This document shows positions 9,567 to 19,307 of a DNA stretch of 64,000 bases, one piece after another (the stretch's first letter is position 1; the number at the start of each line of letters is the position of its first letter). The DNA comes from Flavobacteriales bacterium (GTDB lineage: Bacteria; Bacteroidota; Bacteroidia; Palsa-965), in assembly GCA_040377305.1 (NCBI GenBank), contig JBEIPA010000020.1, positions 34,326-98,325 of the forward strand, written 5' to 3'. Made by a program: the position numbers and the translations under genes. Below the pieces are notes generated by a model, which was given only the letters and a program-made list of their open reading frames with translations, ran no database searches and was not told the origin of the DNA.

Positions 9567-11585
9567 TTAGAAATTATTCTTTTCGGGTAATTGTTTTGCG
9601 AAGTCAATCGTGAGTCCAAGCGTGAACGCACGTCCGGGCATTGGACGCCACGCAACAGATTGGTATTCTACATTGCCAATGTTGTTGCAACGCACAAATA
9701 AATTAATCTCGTAAAATTTCGGATACGCTTTCTTGCGATAACACCAGCCAATAGCCGCATTGCCGATTGAATATGCAGGAAGCCATTCGAGATGGTCACG
9801 TGTCGTGAATCGAAGATCGTTGTACTGTTGAGAATATGTTGCGAAGAAACTCTTCCACTCTACTGTGAACGATGCACCACCGAACCACGCGGGAACGTAA
9901 ATGAGTTGTTTGCCCAAAGCAACATCATTCGGATTGTCCGTCTTCTCGTACGTCGACCGAACATAGTCGGCATTCGCGGTGAAAATGATACGCGTTTGAT
10001 TTGTGAATGTTCTAGCTACACGCAGACGATGCTCAATTCCTCTGCTCCACACGGCGGCAACATTCACCGGACTCCAATACGAAGCATGAGGAACCCACGT
10101 AATCATGTTGACCACGTTACGATTGTAAACCGTTGCACTGTAATTAATTTTCCAGGGATTCTTATTGAAGCTCAACGCCGCAGTCAGTTCTTCTGTCCAT
10201 CCTGTTTCTGCTTTCAGGTCGCGATTTCCTCCCGGTGCCCAATACAAATCGTTGAACGTTGGAACACGATAGTTGTGCGACACACAAGCTTTGAGATTTA
10301 ACCAGGTTTTCAAGAACAACGAATACCAAATGCTTCCAACCGGTTCCACAGGTTTACCATCAATAATTTCTTCGCGAAGCATGATGCTGAATTCATCGTA
10401 CTCTCGTAAAAACTTGTTGTATGACACATACACACCGGCACGTATCTGCTCGTGATGAACAATGAACTCCGTAACCTCTGAAGAAGCCCAGTTACCCGTT
10501 ATTCCCGCACCAACAAATGACTGGTTGGATAGTTTATTCCTCCGATAACCGAGATATTTTTTCACGCTCGCTTCAGAAATAACGGTCCACGCATTTGTAT
10601 TGCTGATTGGCGTGCTGAATCCTGCGTCCCACAACAAGCCTTCGTGAATTACAGCGGTGTGTGCATTGACAAACCATCCGTCGCGATTATAACTCCACTG
10701 TGCAACTGAACGCATTGCATAATCGCGCTGCACGGCTTCGTTAGAAGTTTGCAACATGGTTGGTGCAATTTCACGACTGGTTTCCTGTACCCACATGCGC
10801 ACGGAGAAACTGTGATACATGCTCGGAGTCCAGGAAGCGCTTGTCATGAATCCCTGCTGAAATGTAGCGGCGTGCTTAAGTGTGTCGAGCGGATGTGTAT
10901 TCGATCCCGGACTCGTTAGCACAGCGAAATTCGTGAACGTATAGTTGTTCTCTGCCGTTTGACGATACACGCGCAGATCGAAATCCCATCTCTTAGTGCC
11001 GTATCCGATTTGAACTCCATTCAATAATGTGCTGAAGCTTCCATACTCGTTCACTGTGCGCGCGCGGAAGTACGGACGCGCTAATCGTGTTCCGTCAAGT
11101 ATAGTTGGAGTTGTCCACGAGTTCACGCGAATCACACCACCAATTGCACCATTTCCCCAGGAAGCAGAAGAACTGCCGGGCTCAACAGAAACGCCGTCGA
11201 ACAGAAAAACAGGAATGAGTGAAAGATCAACGGTATTGTTGTTGATGTTCTGGAGATTGACTCCATTCCACAACACCGGAGTTTGCATGGAGTTTGCACC
11301 ACGTATCGCAACTGTTGAGAGGGCACCCGGTCCTACTGACTTCAACGCAACAGTTCCATTGCCAAGCAAATCAGAAAGAGTTCCTGCTGGATATATTCTT
11401 GCGAGTGTTGAATCCGTTACATCTCGTCGCGTTCCGTTCTGAATAATGCGAACGGTTTGAACAATATCGACAGAAGACATTTCGTGATGAAACGCAACTG
11501 TATCGATACGATGCAATAATGAGTCCTGCGCACTAAGCACAACACAGAACAGACAGAATAATACTGTTGCGACCTTTTTCATCAC
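9567..11585 (-). CDS. btuB: TonB-dependent receptor, BtuB-like cobalamin transporter
   Basis: Plug motif IRG...VLWNG; RVPTFNDLYW; RPMPGR near C-terminus; downstream of cobalamin riboswitch. Confidence 0.85.
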   Translation of the reverse strand: MMKKVATVLFCLFCVVLSAQDSLLHRIDTVAFHHEMSSVDIVQTVRIIQNGTRRDVTDSTLARIYPAGTLSDLLGNGTVALKSVGPGALSTVAIRGANSMQTPVLWNGVNLQNINNNTVDLSLIPVFLFDGVSVEPGSSSASWGNGAIGGVIRVNSWTTPTILDGTRLARPYFRARTVNEYGSFSTLLNGVQIGYGTKRWDFDLRVYRQTAENNYTFTNFAVLTSPGSNTHPLDTLKHAATFQQGFMTSASWTPSMYHSFSVRMWVQETSREIAPTMLQTSNEAVQRDYAMRSVAQWSYNRDGWFVNAHTAVIHEGLLWDAGFSTPISNTNAWTVISEASVKKYLGYRRNKLSNQSFVGAGITGNWASSEVTEFIVHHEQIRAGVYVSYNKFLREYDEFSIMLREEIIDGKPVEPVGSIWYSLFLKTWLNLKACVSHNYRVPTFNDLYWAPGGNRDLKAETGWTEELTAALSFNKNPWKINYSATVYNRNVVNMITWVPHASYWSPVNVAAVWSRGIEHRLRVARTFTNQTRIIFTANADYVRSTYEKTDNPNDVALGKQLIYVPAWFGGASFTVEWKSFFATYSQQYNDLRFTTRDHLEWLPAYSIGNAAIGWCYRKKAYPKFYEINLFVRCNNIGNVEYQSVAWRPMPGRAFTLGLTIDFAKQLPEKNNF

Positions 11586-11624
11586 TGCATCTGATCTCTT
11601 CCCGGATCAGCATATTAGTTATAT

Positions 11625-11814
11625 GTGCAGTGGCAGGTCTTCTGACTTGTCCGGTTTTTGGCGCCTTCCCGTCAGCCGAGGCAAACAGTGGCATTTAGAG
11701 GCCAAAACTTCATCCCGTATTACCGGGGGACTTACAGCAGCGGGAACTGTTCCTGAGTTTCACAGGATTCCCTTTTCATTCCGATTGCAGCCAAGCGTTC
11801 GGAAACCAATGCGC
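11625..11814 (-). promoter_or_regulatory. cobalamin riboswitch
   Basis: Minus strand reads ...AAAAGGGAATCCTGTGAAACTCAGGAACAGTTCCCGCTGCTGTAA...GCCACTG...GGGAAGGC...AAGTCAGAAGACCTGCC; TACATTTG promoter just upstream. Confidence 0.95.
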
Positions 11815-11877
11815 AGCAAATGTAGGAAAAAGTCTGAGATGAGAAATCGTGACTCTTATTGGCAGGCAGATGTCGGC

Positions 11878-12093
11878 TTCATGTAGTGCCCCTACAGGGC
11901 ACGGTGGCTCACGGGTGTCTGTGGCTTATGCATGTTTGGCTGCGCTGCAGCCGGGTGTAGAGAAAATACACCCGGCTGCTTTTGATCAAATGCATTACAA
12001 TACTTAGAGCACTCGGCTGCAGAGCAGCCAAACATGCATTGCTTTAGCAATGCCCTCCCCCCTTTTCCTTTTGTGTCCCGTAGGGGCAACAAC
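11878..12093. repeat. composite four-REP palindromic array, left of tnpA
   Basis: catgtagtgcccctacagggcac, catgtttggctgcgctgcagcc, ggctgcagagcagccaaacatg, gtgtcccgtaggggcaacaaca. Confidence 0.85.
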
Positions 12094-12229
12094 AACAAAC
12101 ACCGCTCTGCATTTTCATTCGCCGACCCAAACTTTTTTGAACTTAAACGTTTGTAAACGGCTTAAGTTATTTTCATGTTTTATGTTTGCAACATATCAAT
12201 AATGTTTTATCATTTAATCTTAAATTTTT

Positions 12230-12691
12230 ATGGCTAACACTTATTCAAAAATTTACCAGCACGTAGTTTTCGCCGTGCGCAATCGTCAGGCTCTTATCAC
12301 AGAGAAATTCGAAACTCCGATGTATGAATACATGAGCGGCATCGTAACTAATCAAGGACAAAAACTTCTGATTGGAAACGGTCATCACGACCATGTGCAT
12401 TTGCTAATGACTTGCAAACCTACCTGTTGTCTTGATCAGGTAGTTCGTGAAGTAAAAGAACACACAACGAAGTTCATCAATCAGAATCGTTTGGTACCCG
12501 GAAAATTTCAATGGCAAAATGGTTACGGTGCATTTTCCGTAGGGCATCAGAATCTTGATATGATCTTCAACTATATCCGAAAGCAAAAAGAGCATCACAC
12601 CACTGTAAAATTCCGGGAAGAGTATTTGCAGCTACTGAAAGATGCGGCAGTGGAATACGATGAGAAGTACATCTTTGACGAACTCGTCTAA
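12230..12691 (+). mobile_element. tnpA: IS200/IS605-family HUH Y1 transposase (TnpA/RAYT-like), no tnpB
   Basis: HVVFAV, DHVH (HUH), WQNGYGAFSV, YIRKQKEHH (catalytic Tyr, YxxxQ). Confidence 0.92.
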
Positions 12692-12723
12692 CAAAACCTG
12701 ACTTGGGCTGCGCAGATCGTGGT

Positions 12724-12988
12724 TTCATGTTGTGCCCTTACAGGGCACGTGGCTCGCGTACATTCGTGGCTTATGCATGTGTGGCTGCGCTGCAGCCGGG
12801 TGTGGTAGAAATACACCCGGCTGCTTTTATATAATGCATAATCAAACTCCGACTATGGCTGTGCGGATCTCGCCTGCATGTTTGGACGCATTAATAAACT
12901 GCATTTGAAATGAAAAAGGCTGCAGAGCAGCCAAACATGCATTGCGATAGCAATGCCCAATTAATAGTGCCCTGTAGGGGCACAACAT
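12724..12988. repeat. composite four-REP palindromic array, right of tnpA (diverged direct repeat of 11878-12093)
   Basis: Same four units in the same order plus the same internal hairpin gcagccgggtgt..acacccggctgc. Confidence 0.85.
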
Positions 12989-12992
12989 AAAA

Positions 12993-13820
12993 TCAGGTAG
13001 TCTTGTAGAGATACCATCCATTCCCCAACGGCCGTATCAAAATAAAATACCCCGCTGTCACCGCGGGAATTTTTGTTGGGTCGGGTTGATACATGTAGCC
13101 AACAGAATTGTCGAGTACACCGCCCACATGATACAACACTGTTCCTTGAGCTTTGGGGTCAAGAAGAACATCACGCAGCAAAAGTTTATTCATCACTTTG
13201 CGCATTTTCTTATCGATGTTCAGACTGATCTTGAGCGTGTCGCTTGCTTTCAATGGAAAATTCTTTGCACGCATTTTCTCCAGCTTCAGAAAGGCTTCCT
13301 TGTTGTCGTAAAAATGCTGTGCGAGTAAAGTATCTGACTTTCCCCACAGCACTGTGTTGTCATAATCGAACTGCCAGGTGTGATTGGAAATGTTGGCGTA
13401 TGGCTTTCCTCGTTGCTTTGTAGGCACACTATCCAAACGCTTCAACTCGGCTTTGGCAAAGTCTTTCATCACCAGTGAACGCACGGCATAAACTGTCCAT
13501 ACCGTTCGATGTTGCAAATAGAAATACACATCCATTGAAGTCGTTGAATCGTGCAGCCAAACGGTAATAACCGCACGCGCCGAGTCCTCATACAACAAGG
13601 TGAACTCCCGCTTCACAGACACGGCCAATTGTTCTCCCAACGTTTTCGGCGCTCCCCACTCGTGATACATTTCACAGCAGAAGTGACGCATCTTCTCCGG
13701 GAAACCCTGCGGCGACAAATACTTCTCGATCACACGCATGGGCGAAAGCGTATCACCTGCGTTTTGTGCATTCACTGAAATCGTGAACATCAAAAGAAAA
13801 ATGGAGAGAAGTTTTTTCAT
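12993..13820 (-). CDS. hypothetical exported protein
   Basis: Signal peptide MKKLLSIFLLMFTISVNAQ at 13820; last gene of the surE-lpxB operon. Confidence 0.75.
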   Translation of the reverse strand: MKKLLSIFLLMFTISVNAQNAGDTLSPMRVIEKYLSPQGFPEKMRHFCCEMYHEWGAPKTLGEQLAVSVKREFTLLYEDSARAVITVWLHDSTTSMDVYFYLQHRTVWTVYAVRSLVMKDFAKAELKRLDSVPTKQRGKPYANISNHTWQFDYDNTVLWGKSDTLLAQHFYDNKEAFLKLEKMRAKNFPLKASDTLKISLNIDKKMRKVMNKLLLRDVLLDPKAQGTVLYHVGGVLDNSVGYMYQPDPTKIPAVTAGYFILIRPLGNGWYLYKTT

Positions 13821-13821
13821 T

Positions 13822-14973
13822 TTATTCCTCACGGAAAAAATCGAGTCGCGATAAATGTACGATCTCGACATTCTGATAATAAAAGTTGATGATGTACTCG
13901 TACGTGTAACCAAGTTTTGCCATGCGAATGCCACCTTCCTGACACATACCTACTCCATGTCCATAACCACGACCAGTGATCAGAATGCTGTCCTTCATTT
14001 CGGCTATTGAAAAGTACGCGGACTTCAACTGCCAATCGCTGCGAATGGTTTTGAACGGAATACGAATATTTCCATACACATATTCTTTTTCACGATCATA
14101 TTGTGTCATGTGCAACGCTTTGTAACATGCCGCGCTGTCATTAACCGGATACTTGTGTTTTGTTTCGAGATAATTTAACCAATCGCTGCGCGCAATTTTT
14201 CTTTTCCAATACGCATTAGGCATGCTCGTGCAAAACGTGTCGCTCACCGAACGGAGATAAGAAAGCTGACCTCCCCAAACATCTTCAGAGTTTGCCGTTT
14301 CTCCACCGCAGTTTGAATGAAAAGCAGCGGTTACTAAATTCAAGCCACGATCAACAAGTACAAGTCCTTCTGTTTCGGCTACCGCTTGTTGTATCAACGG
14401 TTGTTGTGTTTTCCCGCGATAAACCTGACAATGTACACCGTCACACACATCAAATCCATCAATGAAATGACGATTGATATGTGCCAACGCGTATGTTCTG
14501 CAAATGATTGACTGCACTTTGTAGAATTCTAAAAACGATCGTCCTCCGGATTCTGATTCCACCACTCCACCGGTATAACTCTCCAACATGACGTTATTCC
14601 GGCAGAATAGTTGTCCGGCCACAACTGAAACACGAAAATCTGAATCGTATGTTCGTGTTCCGCTGTTAGGCACAATCGGTTTAATTCGAAAAGTGGATGT
14701 ATCATTCAACGCCTGCAGAAAAAATGTCTGATAAATCCCCAACGTGTCTCCGGGAATCCGTACTTCAACCGAATCGCCTTTCATCGCGATTTGAAATACT
14801 TTGGTGAGCATGGTATCATTCTGCTGCACCCCGTCGAGTAGCAAACGATAGCTACCGCGTTGAACAGAAACGTTGACCACGGATGTTTTCATCGTCGAAA
14901 GAATCCGCACATTCACACGTTGTGCATGGGCGAACAATGGAATGATGAATAAAGCAATCAACAACTTCCTCAT
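13822..14973 (-). CDS. SpoIID/LytB-domain lytic transglycosylase
   Basis: CRTYA, CDGVHCQVY, FHSNCGG, GRGYGHGVGMCQEG. Confidence 0.92.
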   Translation of the reverse strand: MRKLLIALFIIPLFAHAQRVNVRILSTMKTSVVNVSVQRGSYRLLLDGVQQNDTMLTKVFQIAMKGDSVEVRIPGDTLGIYQTFFLQALNDTSTFRIKPIVPNSGTRTYDSDFRVSVVAGQLFCRNNVMLESYTGGVVESESGGRSFLEFYKVQSIICRTYALAHINRHFIDGFDVCDGVHCQVYRGKTQQPLIQQAVAETEGLVLVDRGLNLVTAAFHSNCGGETANSEDVWGGQLSYLRSVSDTFCTSMPNAYWKRKIARSDWLNYLETKHKYPVNDSAACYKALHMTQYDREKEYVYGNIRIPFKTIRSDWQLKSAYFSIAEMKDSILITGRGYGHGVGMCQEGGIRMAKLGYTYEYIINFYYQNVEIVHLSRLDFFREE

Positions 14974-16061
14974 TTCGCGAGATAATTCTTAATGTGTTCT
15001 GCGGTGCGTGCCGAAGCTCCAGTTCCGCCGAGTTTTGTTTTCAAATCTGCATACTGGTGCATTATTCTCTCCCGATCACTTCCGAGCAGTTTCGTCAGTT
15101 CTTCAGTAATCAAACGCGCATTCATATCCTCCTGTATCAGCTCGCGAACAATTTCTTTGTCCATGATGAGATTGACGAGAGAGATGTATTTCACTTTCAC
15201 CAATCGCTTTGCAATGTGATAGGAAATCAAGGAACCTTTGTAACAAACAACTTCCGGCACATCGTGTAATGCTGTTTCCAGCGTAGCCGTTCCCGATGTC
15301 ACCACTGCTGCCTGCGCATTCTTCAACAACGGATATGTTTGTCCAAATACAATTTCAATGCCGCTGTTTCCTAAAATATCCTTGTAAAACGATTCCTGTT
15401 GAGAAGGAGCTCCGGCAATGACGAAACGATACTCAGGAAAGTGTTTCACAACTTTCATCATCTCGGGTAGCATCGTGCGGATTTCCTGTTTGCGGCTTCC
15501 GGGCAGAACTGCAATGATCTTTCTCCCATCTTGTGAAAGTGAAAGCTCTTTGGAAGGCTGATCGAGTGCATCAAGCAAAGGATGGCCAACGAATTCAACA
15601 TCGTAACCAAATCCTTTGTAGAAATCCTTCTCGAACGGAAGTATGCAAAACACTTTATCGGTGTTCGCAGCAATTTTATGTACGCGCGATTGTTTCCAGG
15701 CCCAGATCTGCGGCGAGATGTAATAGAAAACCGGAATTCTGATTTCCTTCGCAAATGGAGCGATGCGCAAATTAAAACCTGGATAGTCAACGAGAATCAG
15801 TGCATCCGGTTTCCATTGCTGAATGTCGGCTTTGCACGCGTCAATGTTTTTGAGAATGGTACGGAGATTCGCAACTACTTCGATGAATCCCATAAAGGCA
15901 AGATCGCGGTAGTGTCGAACGAGATGTGTTCCTTGTGCTTGCATTAAATCGCCACCGAATCCGCGAAACTCAGCACCGGGGTCGTTCTTCCTGATCTCCT
16001 TAAGCAAATTACTTGCGTGAAGATCACCTGAAGCTTCTCCGGCGATGACGTAATACTTCAT
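14970..16061 (-). CDS. lpxB: lipid-A-disaccharide synthase
   Basis: IAGEASGDLH, DYPGFN, SPQIWAW, LPGSR, SGTATLE. Confidence 0.96.
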   Translation of the reverse strand: MKYYVIAGEASGDLHASNLLKEIRKNDPGAEFRGFGGDLMQAQGTHLVRHYRDLAFMGFIEVVANLRTILKNIDACKADIQQWKPDALILVDYPGFNLRIAPFAKEIRIPVFYYISPQIWAWKQSRVHKIAANTDKVFCILPFEKDFYKGFGYDVEFVGHPLLDALDQPSKELSLSQDGRKIIAVLPGSRKQEIRTMLPEMMKVVKHFPEYRFVIAGAPSQQESFYKDILGNSGIEIVFGQTYPLLKNAQAAVVTSGTATLETALHDVPEVVCYKGSLISYHIAKRLVKVKYISLVNLIMDKEIVRELIQEDMNARLITEELTKLLGSDRERIMHQYADLKTKLGGTGASARTAEHIKNYLAK

Positions 16062-16360
16062 CAGGCGATGAATTTTTCATAGATCACCCAAACGGTATAA
16101 CCCATCGTTGCGAATAAAACTCCACGTGCAGCTTTGTTCATGTTTCCCCAGATGAACCCGAAGAACAACGGAAGGTTTGATGCATACACACTAAGGCTCA
16201 TCGTTGCTACCAAAACATGGCGTTGCGAAAAGTAATCGAGAAATCCGGTGAAAGATGTTTGATACCGATACGTGAACAACCAGTATATGTACATGCCCAC
16301 TATCGGCATGATAGCTCCGATCACTAATCCGAGAATGATATTGTCGAGTTTCTGCTTCAT
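16061..16360 (-). CDS. small membrane protein
   Basis: 3 TMs; overlaps lpxB and surE by 1-4 nt. Confidence 0.75.
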   Translation of the reverse strand: MKQKLDNIILGLVIGAIMPIVGMYIYWLFTYRYQTSFTGFLDYFSQRHVLVATMSLSVYASNLPLFFGFIWGNMNKAARGVLFATMGYTVWVIYEKFIA

Positions 16361-17136
16361 GCGATTGTGCCGTTGAGTGAACTGATTTCCTGAAGCGACT
16401 TATGCGCAGTTAAATCAAATTGAGAAGGCACAACGGAAACGTATCCGTTCTCCAGCGCCCAAACATCTGTATCATCTTTACCCGGTTCGAAATTCTCGAA
16501 ATGTCCGGTGAGCCAGTAATATTTTCTTCCTGAAGGATCTGTGCGCTCATCGAGTTCTTCATTCCATGTTCCGCTCGCTTGTCTGCAGGTTCTTATGCCT
16601 TTGATTTCATCAAGGTGCAAACGCGGTATGTTCACGTTCAGACATACTCCTTTGGTGAGTCCGTTCTTTAACACCCACGAACAGATTTTCTGCGCTATAA
16701 CTGACGACGCTGTGAAATCTGCTTCGATGGAATAATCGAGCAAGGAAAAACCAATCGAAGGAACACCTTCAATCGCGCCTTCCATTGCCGCCGACATGGT
16801 ACCGGAGTAAATGATATTGATGGAATGATTTGCGCCGTGATTGATTCCGGAAAGAACCAAATCAGGTTTGCGTGGCAAAAGCTTATTGATTGCCATCTTC
16901 ACACAATCGACAGGAGTACCCGTGCAACTCCAGCTTTCAACACCCGCATGCGCATTCACTTTATCGACACGTAAAGTTGCGTTAATCGTAATCGCGTGCC
17001 CCATTCCCGACTGAGGTTTGTCTGGAGCCACAACAACAACATCGCCCAGCGCTGCAGCAACTTTTACAAGTGTTGTAATTCCCGGGGCGTGAATGCCGTC
17101 ATCGTTGGTTACGAGAATAAGTGGTTTATGCGACAT
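16357..17136 (-). CDS. surE: 5'/3'-nucleotidase SurE
   Basis: ILVTNDDG, GTPVDCV, SGINHG, YSGT. Confidence 0.96.
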   Translation of the reverse strand: MSHKPLILVTNDDGIHAPGITTLVKVAAALGDVVVVAPDKPQSGMGHAITINATLRVDKVNAHAGVESWSCTGTPVDCVKMAINKLLPRKPDLVLSGINHGANHSINIIYSGTMSAAMEGAIEGVPSIGFSLLDYSIEADFTASSVIAQKICSWVLKNGLTKGVCLNVNIPRLHLDEIKGIRTCRQASGTWNEELDERTDPSGRKYYWLTGHFENFEPGKDDTDVWALENGYVSVVPSQFDLTAHKSLQEISSLNGTIA

Positions 17137-17228
17137 GTTACAAAACTAACCTCTAGTATTCCACTTCCTGTCCCGAAACCGTCGAGTAATCAAGAGTGGA
17201 ATGTTAAAAACAGTTAGCATAAGCGAAC

Positions 17229-17364
17229 GCGACTCTATGGAGTCGCATATTCCTAACAAAACGCCCCTTTCTAAAGTCCCAATGCGCGGCGCCTTCGGCG
17301 CCGCGCATTGGGACGGAGAGTAGCCACTGGTACTTGTTAGGAATATGCGACGCCATAGCGTCGT
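17229..17364. repeat. REPIN-like element: two REP hairpins around an 18-bp perfect stem
   Basis: gcgactctatggagtcgcatattcctaacaa / ttgttaggaatatgcgacgccatagcgtcgt; inner stem 17276-17314. Confidence 0.8.
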
Positions 17365-17503
17365 AAAATTGTAAGCAAACAACAAGTCCCCCAACTGCTA
17401 CTGCAGAGGAGGACTTGCCTGCATAAACCCAACCTAACCCACTTTACCCGCTTATGCCACACGGATTTCGTTGTGTCAGGATTTCACTCCCGACAATGTT
17501 CAC

Positions 17504-17944
17504 TTATGCGATTTTGATTTCTTTCGCCACTTTTTCAGGCGCAACTTCCTTCTTCGGCAACGCAATCTTCAGGATTCCATTCTCGTATGCTGCTGCGATT
17601 CTTTCTACATCAACCGCATTTTCTTTGATCCGGAATGAACGTGAGAATGATCCGTAAGAGAATTCGCGACGTGTATAATTCTTCTCGTCTTTGTTTGCTT
17701 CCGTTTTGTGTTCAGCACTGATGGAGAGTACTTCTTTCTCGAGGTTGATTTTGAAATCTTCCTTCGAGAATCCCGGAGCAGAAACTTCAAGGTTCCATTC
17801 TTTATCGTTCTCAGAAATATTTACTGAAGGAACGAATGATGCGAAATCTTTTCCGTCAAAAGTGTCTTCGAAATAAGAAGGAAGTGTTCCAAAAAGTGAT
17901 GAAGGAAACATTCTTCGAGCTGGTGAAAATTTAAGTGTGTTCAT
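17504..17944 (-). CDS. Hsp20/alpha-crystallin small heat-shock protein
   Basis: PSVNI.E, APGFSKEDF, REFSYGSFSRSF, AAYENGILKI.LPK. Confidence 0.95.
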   Translation of the reverse strand: MNTLKFSPARRMFPSSLFGTLPSYFEDTFDGKDFASFVPSVNISENDKEWNLEVSAPGFSKEDFKINLEKEVLSISAEHKTEANKDEKNYTRREFSYGSFSRSFRIKENAVDVERIAAAYENGILKIALPKKEVAPEKVAKEIKIA

Positions 17945-18102
17945 GATATTTTGTTTTTATAGAGTTTGACTTGTTTGGTACAATATGATCAAAGCACAGA
18001 CCACTGCAATTTTCAAGTCAAAGCGTCAGTTTTCATTGACAAAACGCGACAAAATTTCAGATTGGACCCAAAGTTTCTGCCAGAAATGCCGACTTTAGGC
18101 CT

Positions 18103-18990
18103 GTGAAAAAACGCGTTGCATTCGTCATCAATCCAAAATCGGGCAGCGATCGGAAAACAGATCGTGTGGCATTGATCAGAAATAATCTTTCCGACAAGTA
18201 TGATGCAACTATTTTCGAGTGGAAGAAAGTTGGTGACCGCGATCGCATTTTCAAAGAAGTACTCGAAGGCGGATTTGATATCGCTGTTGCCGTAGGTGGA
18301 GATGGAACAGTGAGTCAACTTGCGTCGGCACTGTGTAATTCCAATGTTGCATTAGGAATTATACCATTCGGTTCCGGCAACGGACTCGCCCGACACTTAC
18401 AGGTTCCGATGGATCGCGTTGCAGCAATCAGACTCATTGCCGACGGTGCGATTCAAACCATAGACAAAGGCATCATAAACGGACAAGACTTCTTCTGTAC
18501 TTGCGGAACGGGTTTCGATGCACGAATCGGAAAGTTGTTTGCCGATAGCTCTACACGGGGCTTCTGGACTTATGCGCGATTAATTCTCCGTGAATACAGA
18601 AAGTACAATCCCGAACAGTATCGCATCACGCTTGACGGAAAAGTAATCGAACGAGATGCATTTCTGGTGACTGTTGCAAACGCCGGCCAATACGGAAACA
18701 ATGCGTGGATTGCACCGGGAGCGCTTGTGAATGATGGATTACTTCGCGTAGTCGTTCTCAAACCTTTTCGCTGGTGGAAATTGCCGAGTCTCATTCGTAA
18801 AGTATTCTTTAAACAGATGCAGACTTCGAAATACGCGGAGACTTACACGGCGAAAGAAATCAGAATTGAACGTGTAGATAAAGGTCCGGCGCATTACGAT
18901 GGTGAGCCAACTGAATTCGGAACAACGCTGGATATTAAAGTTGTACCGGCGTGTTTGAAAGTTGTCGTTGCTGCCGACTTTAAAGGCTAA
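18103..18990 (+). CDS. diacylglycerol kinase family (YegS/BmrU-like) lipid kinase
   Basis: INPKSG, VGGDGT, PFGSGNGLA, DGE. Confidence 0.93.
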   Translation: MKKRVAFVINPKSGSDRKTDRVALIRNNLSDKYDATIFEWKKVGDRDRIFKEVLEGGFDIAVAVGGDGTVSQLASALCNSNVALGIIPFGSGNGLARHLQVPMDRVAAIRLIADGAIQTIDKGIINGQDFFCTCGTGFDARIGKLFADSSTRGFWTYARLILREYRKYNPEQYRITLDGKVIERDAFLVTVANAGQYGNNAWIAPGALVNDGLLRVVVLKPFRWWKLPSLIRKVFFKQMQTSKYAETYTAKEIRIERVDKGPAHYDGEPTEFGTTLDIKVVPACLKVVVAADFKG

Positions 18991-19038
18991 CGACGTATGC
19001 ATAGGCGAGCGGCGGATACTCAAGTGAGCGGTGGATCT

Positions 19039-19298
19039 TAAGCCGTGGGCTGAAGCCGCGCGGTTATCACTTGAACTTTTCTATTGTAGAGGTTTGGGGA
19101 TATAAAGTTGCATCGCAACTTTATATCCCCAAACCATTTTCTCTTATGCCTCAAGTGATAACCGCTCGGCTTCAGCCGGCGGGACTTATCTGAACTAGCA
19201 ATACATCGTGAGCTTAATGACATTGGGCTTCAGCCAGCGGCACTCCTCTGAACTAGCAATACATCGTGAGCTTAATGACATTGGGCTTCAGCCCGCGG
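19039..19298. repeat. REPIN (GGCTTCAGCC family) with 21-bp perfect inner stem, followed by a 58-bp-period tandem duplication
   Basis: Outer arms 19039-19074 / 19151-19188; inner stem 19091-19135; identical 47-mer at 19189 and 19247. Confidence 0.85.
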
Positions 19299-19307
19299 AA
19301 TTAAGAT

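Noticed and set aside
12692-13820. tnpB or omega-RNA downstream of tnpA
   Set aside because: No RuvC/zinc-finger ORF; the next gene is an opposite-strand exported protein
19168-19298. Possible mini CRISPR array (58-bp period)
   Set aside because: The intervening sequences are identical rather than unique spacers; only 2-3 units; no cas genes
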